Shown: positions 28,348-40,033 of the stretch, piece by piece
Numbering within the stretch: position 1 is the first letter of the stretch
Layout: every line of letters begins with the position of its first letter
Position numbers and translations under genes: made by a program
Assembly (NCBI GenBank): GCA_965217115.1
Contig: OZ244239.1
Span: forward strand, 1,184,001-1,248,000
DNA from: Bdellovibrionales bacterium
GTDB taxonomy: Bacteria > Bdellovibrionota > Bdellovibrionia > Bdellovibrionales > CAYMLA01
DNA length: 64,000 nucleotides
Reading direction: 5' to 3'
Notes under the pieces: generated by a model
Told to the model about the DNA's origin: nothing
The model's database searches: none
Seen by the model: the letters and a program-made list of their open reading frames with translations, nothing else

Positions 28348-29613
28348 TTATTGGGAAACCCGTTTCACCTTCGCTCCAAGAGAGGCTAACTTTTTCTCTA
28401 ACTTCTCATAGCCTCGATCAAGATGATAAACACGACTGATCACTGTCTCTCCTCGAGCTGCTAAACCAGCTAAAACCAAACTTGCACTTGCACGTAGGTC
28501 CGTCGCCATCACTGGCGCCCCCGATAAAAAGCCTCCCCTTCCACGAACCACTGCCACCTGTGTTCGTGGAGTAATCTCAGCTCCCATGCGAATTAACTCT
28601 TGAACATGCATGAAACGATTTTCAAAAACTGTTTCGGCAATAACACTTGTTCCCTCTGCCACAGTCATTAATGCCATAAACTGGGCTTGCAAATCCGTAG
28701 GAAACAAAGGATGGGGATACGTAGATATATCAACTCCCTTCCAACAAGTCGCAGGTAAGACCTCAATCCAATCATCTCCTAAATTAAGAGTAAAACCAGC
28801 ATCTCTTAATTTCTGTATCAATGCTTCTAAATCCCTTGGAATACACCTCGATACCTTTACCCGTCCCTTGCTAATAGCTCCAGCAATCAATAGTGTTCCC
28901 GCCTCAATGCGATCAGGCAATACGTGATGACTTGAGGGAAAAAGTTCGTTAACTCCCTCGACTTCGATAACACTTGTGCCCGCTCCCTTTATCTGCGCTC
29001 CCATCTTGGAAAGGTAACAAACTAAATCGACCACTTCTGGCTCTTTAGCTGCGTTTTCTATAATTGTTTTACCTTTGGCTAACGTTGCCGCCATCAAAAG
29101 GTTCTCTGTACCGCCCACTGTGACTTGATCAAAAAGAATTGTCGTTCCTACTAACTCCTTAGCTTTAGCATGAACATAGCCACTCTTTACCTCTATCTCC
29201 GCACCCATCTCTTTTAAAACATCTAAGTGTAAATTGATCGGACGAGTTCCGATAGCACACCCACCTGGCAAGCTCACCTGGGCCTCTCCATAGCGAGCTA
29301 ACAATGGACCTAAACATAAAATGCTTGCACGCATTTTTCGCACAAGCTCATAATTTGCTAAAATTTTTTTTGGCCGCTGAACATCAACAACAACTCGCTG
29401 ACTCTCTCCCTGTCTCTCTAAAACAGCTCCCAGGTCAGCCAGTAAATTTTGAGTTGAATCAATATCACGCAAACAAGGGACATTGGTAAACTCGTGCCGT
29501 CCATCAGCTAAAAGGGTTGAAAATAACAACGGCAGGGCTGCGTTTTTTGCTCCACTGGTTTGCACCGTTCCTGTTAAAGCAACTCCACCTTCCACAATAA
29601 TCTGATCCATCAT
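28348..29613 (-). CDS. murA: UDP-N-acetylglucosamine 1-carboxyvinyltransferase
   Basis: GAKNAALP, MRASI, LPGGCAIGTRP, DRIEAGT, FPTDLQ and DLRASA motifs. Confidence 0.98.
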   Translation of the reverse strand: MMDQIIVEGGVALTGTVQTSGAKNAALPLLFSTLLADGRHEFTNVPCLRDIDSTQNLLADLGAVLERQGESQRVVVDVQRPKKILANYELVRKMRASILCLGPLLARYGEAQVSLPGGCAIGTRPINLHLDVLKEMGAEIEVKSGYVHAKAKELVGTTILFDQVTVGGTENLLMAATLAKGKTIIENAAKEPEVVDLVCYLSKMGAQIKGAGTSVIEVEGVNELFPSSHHVLPDRIEAGTLLIAGAISKGRVKVSRCIPRDLEALIQKLRDAGFTLNLGDDWIEVLPATCWKGVDISTYPHPLFPTDLQAQFMALMTVAEGTSVIAETVFENRFMHVQELIRMGAEITPRTQVAVVRGRGGFLSGAPVMATDLRASASLVLAGLAARGETVISRVYHLDRGYEKLEKKLASLGAKVKRVSQ

Positions 29614-30479
29614 TTCACCCTAACTTTTAAAACACGATCCTTAAATGCCAAGTCTTTTAATATTTCCACAGTTTCCACACATGCTAAATGATTAAAATGC
29701 TCTAATAACACCTTTCCCTGACGATGACCAAATTCCATCAGCAACAACCCCCCTCGCGGCAAAACTTCCAATGCTCTGTCTCCCCATTGTTTTAAATGAA
29801 AAAATCCCTCTTCTGAAGAAAACAACGCTGCACTAGGTTCAAAATCTCTAACTCCTGCCGACAACTCATTGTCATTACGATCTATGTAGGGAGGATTTGT
29901 GACAATTATTTCTGGGGTTCCAAATTTTGCCCAACCCTCTCCACCAAAATCTTCACTAAGATCACAACAACGCCACCGAACCCTGTTCTCGACACCTAAC
30001 ATCTCTGCATTTGTGCGAGCTACATTTATTGCCTCTGAGGAAAAGTCAAAACCTTGAAGCTTCAAATTTTTTTTCTCTTTGATGATACTAAGCCCGACGC
30101 AGCCACTTCCGCTCCCTAAATCCCAAATTTCACCCGTTGTGACCTTTTTCTCTTCCAGCCACTTAATCGCCTCTTCAACTAGCAACTCTGTATCTGGTCG
30201 AGGAATTAAAACCTCTGGATTCACATTAAAACTGTGACGAAAAAAACCTTTCTGCCCTGTAATATAAGCAACAGGTTCACCCTTTCCTCGACGCACAATC
30301 AATTCGCGACAAGTTTGTATCTCTTCTTCATTCAGTGGATAATCATAATTCATGTAGATATCCATCCTCGAACACTTCAAACCATGGGAAAGCAGGAGCT
30401 CCGCATCCAGACGAGCGCTATCAATGCCTCTTGCCATTAAAAAATCCGTGCTCTTCTGTAAAGTACTCTCTAATTTCAC
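29610..30479 (-). CDS. prmC: Release factor glutamine methyltransferase
   Basis: GEPVAYI, VLIPRPDTE, DLGSGSG and NPPY motifs; follows prfA. Confidence 0.96.
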   Translation of the reverse strand: MKLESTLQKSTDFLMARGIDSARLDAELLLSHGLKCSRMDIYMNYDYPLNEEEIQTCRELIVRRGKGEPVAYITGQKGFFRHSFNVNPEVLIPRPDTELLVEEAIKWLEEKKVTTGEIWDLGSGSGCVGLSIIKEKKNLKLQGFDFSSEAINVARTNAEMLGVENRVRWRCCDLSEDFGGEGWAKFGTPEIIVTNPPYIDRNDNELSAGVRDFEPSAALFSSEEGFFHLKQWGDRALEVLPRGGLLLMEFGHRQGKVLLEHFNHLACVETVEILKDLAFKDRVLKVRVK

Positions 30480-30481
30480 GA

Positions 30482-31552
30482 CTAACCACTCTGTCGCTTA
30501 AGCTGCTCAGCTTGAAAATAGGCAATAAGCGGATCAATCACCTGCTCAAACCCCCCTCCCATTACTTCATCCAACGAATGAATTGTTAAACCAATGCGAT
30601 GGTCCGTCACCCGAGATTGTGGGAAATTATAAGTGCGAATTCTCTCTGAACGATCCCCCGTTCCTACCTGAGAAGATCTTTTATCAGACATTTCTTTGTG
30701 AGCCTTTTCCTTTTCGTGGGCTAATATTCTCGAATACAAAATTTTCATTGCCAACTCTTTGTTCGCCACTTGTGAACGCCCATCCTGACAAGCAACGACG
30801 GTTCCAGATGGAACATGGGTTATACGTACCGCCGAATCCGTTGTGTTCACATGCTGTCCACCTGCTCCACTCGCACGAAAAACATCAATCTGTAGATCTT
30901 TTTTTTCAATTTTAACATCAACTTCTTCAGCCTGAGGCAGAACAGCCACCGTCACCGTAGATGTGTGTACTCTTCCCTGAGACTCTGTCTTTGGTACTCG
31001 TTGCACTCGATGGACGCCAATCTCATACTTAAGCTTACTATAGACATTTTCCCCTGAAATGCTCACAGAGACTTCTTTATTACCACCAGCATTGCCAAGA
31101 GACAAAGACATCATTTCCATCTTCCAGCCTTGAGAAGAAGAAAAATAAGAATACCCCTTCAACAACTCCTCAGCAAAGAGACAAGATTCATCTCCCCCTG
31201 CTCCTGCACGAATCTCTAAAATAATATCCTTGCCATCACTGGGGTCTTTGGGGAGAAGTAACAATTTCAACTCTTGTTCCAATTCCCTTTTTTTAATTTC
31301 TAATAATTGATTTTCCTCTTTAACCATAGAGCGGAGGTCTTCATCCTTCTCAGTGCCAAGCAATTCTTTATTTTCTCCCAACTCTTGGTTTATTTTTTTA
31401 TAACGTCGATAGGACTCCACAACTTTTTCTGTTTCAGCCAAATCCTGCATCAAACTGCGATAACGAGTTTGATTATTAGCCACGTCTGGATTTTGTAATT
31501 GCACACCCAGCTCTTCGTGTTTTTTTTCAACAGCATCTAACTTTTTAAACAT
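30482..31552 (-). CDS. prfA: Peptide chain release factor 1
   Basis: GVHRVQRVPKTE (PxT) and GAGGQHVN (GGQ) motifs. Confidence 0.98.
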   Translation of the reverse strand: MFKKLDAVEKKHEELGVQLQNPDVANNQTRYRSLMQDLAETEKVVESYRRYKKINQELGENKELLGTEKDEDLRSMVKEENQLLEIKKRELEQELKLLLLPKDPSDGKDIILEIRAGAGGDESCLFAEELLKGYSYFSSSQGWKMEMMSLSLGNAGGNKEVSVSISGENVYSKLKYEIGVHRVQRVPKTESQGRVHTSTVTVAVLPQAEEVDVKIEKKDLQIDVFRASGAGGQHVNTTDSAVRITHVPSGTVVACQDGRSQVANKELAMKILYSRILAHEKEKAHKEMSDKRSSQVGTGDRSERIRTYNFPQSRVTDHRIGLTIHSLDEVMGGGFEQVIDPLIAYFQAEQLKRQSG

Positions 31553-31570
31553 TTTAAAAAACCCATTATA

Positions 31571-31601
31571 TAAAAAAACGGCTCCCTAATAAGAAGCCGT
31601 T
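31571..31601 (-). terminator. Intrinsic terminator after rpmE
   Basis: Minus strand AACGGCT...AGCCGTT hairpin followed by a T-run. Confidence 0.6.
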
Positions 31602-31666
31602 CGTGTTTCATCTTAAACTAAATCCTTGAAAGGGAATACTTCAATAAACTCTCTATAAAACAATCT

Positions 31667-31927
31667 CTATTTTTTTGAGCGAAGAGTCTTTGCGTATTTC
31701 TTACGAAAACGATCCACACGTCCTTCAGAATCAAGCAGCTTCTGTTTGCCTGTGTAGAAAGGGTGTGACCCACTAGATACCTCAATCTTAATCAATGGGT
31801 ACTCATTTCCGTCTTCCCACTTCATTGTCTCTTTAGATGACATTGTCGATTTTGTTAGCATAGCAAAATCAGAAGACAAATCTTTAAAAATAACACTGTT
31901 AAACTGAGGATGTGTATCCTTCTTCAT
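31667..31927 (-). CDS. rpmE: 50S ribosomal protein L31, type B (Zn-free)
   Basis: [25 protein letters not shown] and GRVDRF motifs; no CxxC. Confidence 0.96.
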   Translation of the reverse strand: MKKDTHPQFNSVIFKDLSSDFAMLTKSTMSSKETMKWEDGNEYPLIKIEVSSGSHPFYTGKQKLLDSEGRVDRFRKKYAKTLRSKK

Positions 31928-32061
31928 AATTACCTCTTCTCCGCGGGGATCTGAATATATACACTATACATCGCTCAACCCCATGTTTTTACTTTTCTAA
32001 CACAATGCCTAAACCCTGTCGAGAGCCTTTTTAAAACTAGTACACTGTTTTATACTCTCTG

Positions 32062-33732
32062 TTACCCGCCCATACTATCCAAAAACTCGTCATTTGTTTT
32101 ACTCTGCTTAAGCTTAGAGAGCAAAAACTCCATGGCGTCAATCACGTTCATTGGCGACATCACCTTCCGCAAAATCCAGAGCTTATTAAGCTTAGCAGCA
32201 TCAATCAATAAATCCTCCTTACGAGTTCCTGACTTATTGATGTCCATACAAGGGAATATCCTTCTTTCCATTAATTTACGGTCAAGAGCTATTTCACTGT
32301 TACCCGTTCCCTTAAATTCTTCAAAAATCACCTCATCCATGCGAGAGCCCGTATCAATAAGAGCCGTTGAAATAATTGTCAAACTTCCGCCCTCTTCAAT
32401 ATTACGTGCTGCTCCAAAAAATCTCTTCGGTTTGTGAAGAGCATTAGAATCAACACCACCAGAGAGGATCTTTCCAGATGGTGGCACAACTGTATTGTAT
32501 GCCCGAGCCAAACGAGTGATTGAATCAAGTAGAATAACCACATCATGTTTGTGCTCAACCAAGCGCTTCGCCTTGGCAATCACCATATCAGCCACTTGGA
32601 CATGACGAGTGGGAGGTTCATCAAATGTTGAACTCACCACCTCGCCCTTTACATTCCTCTGCATATCCGTCACTTCTTCTGGACGTTCGTCGATCAGCAA
32701 AACAATCAACTTCACCTCAGGATGATTTGTCGTAATTGCATTGGCTATATTCTGCATTAAAACAGTTTTTCCTGTACGAGGAGGGGCTACAATCAAAGCC
32801 CTCTGTCCTTTCCCAATGGGAGCCATCAAGTCCACCACACGAGTTGTGTTTTCATCGGGATGGTGTTCTAAGCGAAGACACTCATCTGGGTACAAAGGCG
32901 TCAGGTTGTCAAAAAGACTTTTGTCCTTTGACGCTTCAGGTGTCTCAAAGTTAAGTTCATCCACCCGAAGAAGGGCAAAATAACGTTCACCAGGCTTAGG
33001 CGGCCTGACCGTTCCCGTCACTGTGTCCCCCGTCCTCAGACCAAGGCGACGGATTTGAGATGGGCTCACATAAATATCATCTGGACCTGGCAAGTAATTA
33101 TAATCTGGCGACCGTAAAAATCCATAGTTATCTGGTAGGATCTCTAAAACTCCGCTGCCAAAAATATCTCCTAACTTCGCTGCTCGCTTAAGAATTTGAA
33201 AAACCATATCTTGACGGCGCAAGCCCGATGCGTTTTCAATTTTTAACTTCAGAGCCAAACTTGTTAACTCTTGAATGTTTTTGCTCTTTAGATCTTTAGA
33301 GTTAAGCTCCTTCTTTTCTGCGTCTGTTAAATCAATATCACTCAAATCAATCTCATCTTCCTCTTCTGTTGTATCACGAGAGGCTCCGCTATAGTTACCC
33401 TGATTGTAATTACCACCGCTTTGATTGCGACCCTTCTTGTAATACTTGCGACCACCACCACCACCACCACGGTTGTTGTTTCGCCTTTGAGGACGATTAT
33501 CTTCCTCTGATCGATTAGACTCTACAGGCTTGCTTGCTTCTACAGGCTTGCCTGATTCTACGGCCTTGCCTGATTCTACGGCCTTGCCTGATTCTACAGC
33601 CTTGCCTGATTCTACAGCCTTGCCCGTTTTCGCCGACTCACCAGATTTGGCTCGACTCGTGCTCTTAACCGCCGTCTTCTTACTGGCTTCTTTCTTTCCA
33701 CCCTCTGCCACTTCTGTCCCTTCTTCAGACAC
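32062..33732 (-). CDS. rho: Transcription termination factor Rho with long N-terminal extension
   Basis: [36 protein letters not shown] and EEFKGTGN motifs; GTG start with AAGGAG RBS. Confidence 0.98.
   Translation of the reverse strand: MSEEGTEVAEGGKKEASKKTAVKSTSRAKSGESAKTGKAVESGKAVESGKAVESGKAVESGKPVEASKPVESNRSEEDNRPQRRNNNRGGGGGGRKYYKKGRNQSGGNYNQGNYSGASRDTTEEEDEIDLSDIDLTDAEKKELNSKDLKSKNIQELTSLALKLKIENASGLRRQDMVFQILKRAAKLGDIFGSGVLEILPDNYGFLRSPDYNYLPGPDDIYVSPSQIRRLGLRTGDTVTGTVRPPKPGERYFALLRVDELNFETPEASKDKSLFDNLTPLYPDECLRLEHHPDENTTRVVDLMAPIGKGQRALIVAPPRTGKTVLMQNIANAITTNHPEVKLIVLLIDERPEEVTDMQRNVKGEVVSSTFDEPPTRHVQVADMVIAKAKRLVEHKHDVVILLDSITRLARAYNTVVPPSGKILSGGVDSNALHKPKRFFGAARNIEEGGSLTIISTALIDTGSRMDEVIFEEFKGTGNSEIALDRKLMERRIFPCMDINKSGTRKEDLLIDAAKLNKLWILRKVMSPMNVIDAMEFLLSKLKQSKTNDEFLDSMGG
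33521..33628. repeat. 18 bp tandem repeat, about 6 units, in the rho 5' extension
   Basis: TCTAC(A/G)G(C/G)CTTGCCTGAT units encoding (G/S)K(A/P)VE(S/A). Confidence 0.95.
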
Positions 33733-34033
33733 ACAAAACTCCTTATGATTTTTAAGTAAAACGACCAGACAATTTCAATTCTTCTTCTTTTTTGGATTTT
33801 AATTCAACGGATCTATTTATGGACTTTCCACGACAACCCTACCAAGAGGACGTGACTTTTATTGAACAATAGGTAACACCACGCATCTTTGTTTGCCAAG
33901 CTTTTTTACAGAAAGAGCTGTTTTTTTTTAGAGATTTAAAGGCTTTTTATCTATATTCTCCCAAAAAACAGCTCTTTTTGGGGCAAAAAGCAAATTATTC
34001 TAAAAGAAGACAGCCGATTTCTCTTTAAATGTG

Positions 34034-34061
34034 TAAATATTGGGCGCCATTTTGCCGATAA
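34034..34061 (+). promoter_or_regulatory. Candidate FliA (sigma28) promoter
   Basis: TAAA-N16-GCCGATAA with a perfect -10 box, upstream of the PilZ gene. Confidence 0.6.
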
Positions 34062-34113
34062 GAACTCAGACAAAGGAACTGGGAAAGCCCCTTTTCTTCT
34101 GTGTTATGGACCT

Positions 34114-34503
34114 ATGTTTAGGAGGATTTTTATGGACTCTGACCTTTCAATATCTCCAGCAGAGAGAATGCAGCTTTTCATAGACGTAGAGTATAAGAAG
34201 AGCTACGCGCGTAAGCAAAACATTGGAATTATGAAAAACATCAGCCTCACAGGCGCCTTCGTCTCCCATGGAGTAGAAAAACTTGATGCCAATGAAAAAA
34301 TCATGTTGCACTTTAAAGTTAGCGGAAGAGCTAGAAAAATTCAGGCTTCTGTTATATGGACCGACGTCAACGGTGCTGGTGTGAAGTTCCACCCTTTCAA
34401 CAATAGAGACATTCAGATTATTGATGACCTCATGTACTTTGTAAAATCAAAAAAAGAATCCCAGGCTTTTTTGCTAAACAATATTTTTAAACAAGTCTCC
34501 TAG
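34114..34503 (+). CDS. PilZ-domain protein
   Basis: NISLTGAF (D/NxSxxG), ASVIW and GAGVKF motifs; true start may be ATG 34132 (AGGAGG RBS). Confidence 0.88.
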   Translation: MFRRIFMDSDLSISPAERMQLFIDVEYKKSYARKQNIGIMKNISLTGAFVSHGVEKLDANEKIMLHFKVSGRARKIQASVIWTDVNGAGVKFHPFNNRDIQIIDDLMYFVKSKKESQAFLLNNIFKQVS

Positions 34504-35747
34504 GGAGCTCTGCCAACTTGGGTTTTTTCTTCAAAATCATCCTGAAAAACCGTTTCTTCAAAAACGTCCGCTTGAGCCGATTTCCTGCGACGAACAATAA
34601 AAATAATTATTCCTAAAAGAACCATGATCCCCACACCAATAATAAGAATGGTGTTTTGATCCAAGGACTCTATCCCGTATCCATCTGATGAAAACGCCTG
34701 GGGGATCTTCGGCCTTTCAGGGGCTGGAGGCGGTGGTAGTTCTGCAACAGGATTTGATTCTAAAGGCGGCGGCGGTAGTTCTGCAACAGGATCTGATTCT
34801 AAAGGCGGCGGCGGCGGTAACTCCTCTACAGCAGCTGGAGAGACTTCTTCCTTTGGTAAATCCAGAGAGCGACTCTCTGGCACATCAAGTGTCTCCTCTA
34901 AACCCCCTGTCTCTTCAACAGCAGTATTTAGCTCTGGGGGTTCTACCTGGGCTACAGGAACAGGGATCAATTTTTGATTTCCCGCTTTTGACCAATACCG
35001 AAGCTCTGTGCCTAAAGGCATCTCTCCTTTTGAATCCACTGCATTTGTTGCATAAATCTCCATCCAACTACGAGAATGTCCAAGTAATTTTTTTGCCACA
35101 CGACGTATGTTATCTCCTTCCTTAGAAATGTAAGTCTCAGGAGATAAACCTCGATCCTCATAAAACGTTAAAATTTGACTGCTGTCTTCCTGTCTCTGTG
35201 GAGAGTTATAATAAACCTTGTCTCCAACACTAACGCCTCTCTTTAAATGAGCGTTTACAATTAATAGCTCTCCAGAACTATCTAAACCATAAATTTTCTC
35301 TGCTATAGAGACGAGCGAATCCCCCTCTCGAACGAGATAAACAGCATTTGCTAAAATTCCTCCTCGATAAAAAGGAGTTTTTTTAATTTTTTTCACTGAA
35401 ATTAGTTTTCTCGTCTTTTTAACTACGGGGGAAATTATAACAGGGGCATCCGTAATTTCATCCATTTCGTCATTAATTTCATCTGTCAAAGCTAACGAAG
35501 AATCTTCTGTCTGTGCTTCAGCAATATCTGGCTCTGGTGTTTCCCCTTGGGCTTTGTCGTCCTCTTTCTCATCTGCTTCCTTATCTGCAATTTTTTCGAA
35601 ATCCTCCCCTTCCCCTTCGTCATCCTTATCACCTAGAATCGCTTCGATCTCGGCGTTTCCCTCGTCTGTTGCTTTATTGGATGAACACCCAATAAAGCTA
35701 ACTGTCGAAAATAAACATAGTGTCAGAAAAATAAGTAAACTTTTCAT
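34500..35747 (-). CDS. Lipoprotein with LysM-like domains, Pro-rich linker and C-terminal TM helix
   Basis: Lipobox FIG|C; YLVREGDSLVSIAEKIYG and YISKEGDNIRRVAKKLLG LysM-like segments; ELPPPP repeats; TM IIGVGIMVLLGIIIFIV followed by RRRK. Confidence 0.8.
   Translation of the reverse strand: MKSLLIFLTLCLFSTVSFIGCSSNKATDEGNAEIEAILGDKDDEGEGEDFEKIADKEADEKEDDKAQGETPEPDIAEAQTEDSSLALTDEINDEMDEITDAPVIISPVVKKTRKLISVKKIKKTPFYRGGILANAVYLVREGDSLVSIAEKIYGLDSSGELLIVNAHLKRGVSVGDKVYYNSPQRQEDSSQILTFYEDRGLSPETYISKEGDNIRRVAKKLLGHSRSWMEIYATNAVDSKGEMPLGTELRYWSKAGNQKLIPVPVAQVEPPELNTAVEETGGLEETLDVPESRSLDLPKEEVSPAAVEELPPPPPLESDPVAELPPPPLESNPVAELPPPPAPERPKIPQAFSSDGYGIESLDQNTILIIGVGIMVLLGIIIFIVRRRKSAQADVFEETVFQDDFEEKTQVGRAP
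34735..34812. repeat. 39 bp tandem duplication encoding a polyproline linker
   Basis: GGTAGTTCTGCAACAGGAT(T/C)TGATTCTAAAGGCGGCGGC x2. Confidence 0.9.
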
Positions 35748-35903
35748 TGATGCCGCCTCGTGCTGAGTTCCTCTTCCATAGGTAACTAGAACCTCTATTT
35801 ACACATTAAATTAAAGCACAAAAGTGTTTTTTTTCGAATTAATCTTGTTAGTTTTGTCCTTATATATATTTGAATCTAGCCATTAGCCTAGTTACACCTC
35901 TAA

Positions 35904-36374
35904 CTATTGGGGCAATAACCTCAGCTTTTCTCCCAGCTTTACACCTTCTTTCTTAAACCACCCCATGGGCATTTCAAGTGCATATTTTGCCCTTCCTTTG
36001 CTCTGATACTTTTTTTTCGGAAGTTCCATAATATTTTTCATCTCTTTCATTTCTTCAATATTAAGAAGTTTTCTCTCTACACTAAAAAAACCAATGCTTA
36101 AAGGGACCAACGTGTTCTTCATCCAAAAAGACAGTTCTTTTGAGTCTTTAAAAACAAATAGCATTCCCCTTTTTATTTTCTTGCGACACATAAGCCCTCG
36201 ACTCAATTGATCCGAAGTTTTCGCCAAGTCCACTTCAAAAAATTTTCCAGCTAGTTCTATTTTCTGTTTTTCAAAAGAAACTTTCCGCCTACACTCTGAA
36301 ATATCAGAAAAAGCCCCCTCTTCCAAAAAGAGGCTCAACAAAAAAAACCCGCCAATAAAAATTTTATTTTTCAA
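35904..36374 (-). CDS. DUF192-family protein
   Basis: RGLM.R, GMLFVF, FWMKNTLVPLSIGF and YALEM motifs. Confidence 0.9.
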   Translation of the reverse strand: MKNKIFIGGFFLLSLFLEEGAFSDISECRRKVSFEKQKIELAGKFFEVDLAKTSDQLSRGLMCRKKIKRGMLFVFKDSKELSFWMKNTLVPLSIGFFSVERKLLNIEEMKEMKNIMELPKKKYQSKGRAKYALEMPMGWFKKEGVKLGEKLRLLPQ

Positions 36375-37285
36375 AATTCACCAATAAGTCCATGGCGGAT
36401 TCCTCTCGTCGAAACGGTTAACTCTTCAAGTCCCCAATACTCTAAAGATAAGAACAAAAGTACACTTCCTGCCACCAAAATGTCAGCTCTTTTCATTGGA
36501 ATTCCAAATTTTTCCGCCCTCTCTTTGACACTAAGGTCCGACAAGGTTTTTATCCAGCTTTTAATTCTTTTTTTTGACAGGGTGTAGTTTTCAATCTTTT
36601 CAATAACAAATCCTTCTCCTATTTCAATCATTGCTAACGTCGTTGGTGTTCCCGCGACAGCAATCATACTGGTCACTTGACTCTTTTTTTTCATTATCCC
36701 TAGAGACAACGCCATTTTCTCTCTAACATAGGTTATCATTTTTTGAAGTTCAACGTCATTAATCGGATGGGATGAAATAAACATTTCAGTTAACCGCACG
36801 CCCCCCACATCTACGCTCTGAGCATTAATTCTTCCAGAGTTTTTTTCGATACACTCTGTCGATCCTCCTCCAATATCCAAAACAAGAACACCCTCTCCTT
36901 CCTCCTCGGGAGCAGAAAAATCAACTCCCAAATATGTCAATTCCGCCTCTCTTTGTCCTCCTATGATTTCAATGGGAATTTCCAATTTTCGACCCATCTC
37001 TATCAAATCATTGCCATTAGAGACATCTCTTGCCGCGCTTGTCGCCACGGCTTTAACATCATTAACTCCGCAACTCACAATCCTCTCTCTAAAATTTTCA
37101 AGACAAGCCTCTGCCCTTTGCAATGCTTCTGGATGAAAAAATTTATTCTCATTCACACCTTGCCCTAAGCGCACAAGAACACAGTGGTCCTCAACAACTC
37201 TGACTATTTTCTTTTGTTCAATATCAGCTATCAGACATAAAAAGGAATTCGTTCCAATATCAATCGTGGCCACTCTTTTTACCAT
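36371..37285 (-). CDS. Ppx/GppA family phosphatase
   Basis: IDIGTNS, ATSAARD, DIGGGSTE and GIRHG motifs; start set at MVKRVA. Confidence 0.92.
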   Translation of the reverse strand: MVKRVATIDIGTNSFLCLIADIEQKKIVRVVEDHCVLVRLGQGVNENKFFHPEALQRAEACLENFRERIVSCGVNDVKAVATSAARDVSNGNDLIEMGRKLEIPIEIIGGQREAELTYLGVDFSAPEEEGEGVLVLDIGGGSTECIEKNSGRINAQSVDVGGVRLTEMFISSHPINDVELQKMITYVREKMALSLGIMKKKSQVTSMIAVAGTPTTLAMIEIGEGFVIEKIENYTLSKKRIKSWIKTLSDLSVKERAEKFGIPMKRADILVAGSVLLFLSLEYWGLEELTVSTRGIRHGLIGEF

Positions 37286-37401
37286 TTCCACCCCGTTATT
37301 ACAAAACCCGCCTGCCCTATTATGACTGAGGGTCCCTCTCCAGTAAAGACTTTGAAAAAGAAACTTCACAAAACTTGAACTTTTAGATGAACCGAGTATA
37401 A

Positions 37402-39531
<2,130 letters not shown>

Positions 39532-39620
39532 CACCAAGCCCTTTTGCAAAGAAATATCGACTGGCTACGTAGCTCGTTTAGAGAGCATCGTAACCATCAA
39601 TATTTAAAAAATTTCTGTTT

Positions 39621-39815
39621 TTATATATGATCAATTTTAATATCTCTAGCCATAACTGTTTTACGACCTTCTGATTTTGCCGACTCAACAGCTCTATTAC
39701 AAAGAGCCTCAATCGCTTGGCTTAACACTTCAATTGTCTCTCCCGAAGTATTACATCCACCGTTTTCTTTAATAAATTTCTTAACCTTACTCGTTACTAC
39801 AAGAACTTCTGCCAT
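39621..39815 (-). CDS. Bacterial histone (Bd0055/HBb-like)
   Basis: MAEVLVVTSKVKK..K...NTS.ETI.VLS.AIE.LC...VESAK..GRKTVMARD closely matches Bdellovibrio Bd0055 as I recall it; RKTV...D histone-fold motif; GAGAGGAG RBS. Confidence 0.93.
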   Translation of the reverse strand: MAEVLVVTSKVKKFIKENGGCNTSGETIEVLSQAIEALCNRAVESAKSEGRKTVMARDIKIDHI

Positions 39816-40033
39816 TTTAAATCTCCTCTCAGAATATGATCATTAAACTCAATAGAGCTGAAAAGCTCCCAATTTTCACTTGAGCTTAAAGGATTCGTGA
39901 AATGAAAACAAAGCAAATTTGAGAAGAAAGACAAATCCTCGAAATTCCAAGACGATGCACTGCGTTTTTCTCTGTTCAACGCGTTGCGCGTGGCACAGAG
40001 AGTGACTGTAAAACTCGATTTAAGGCTTCGTTC

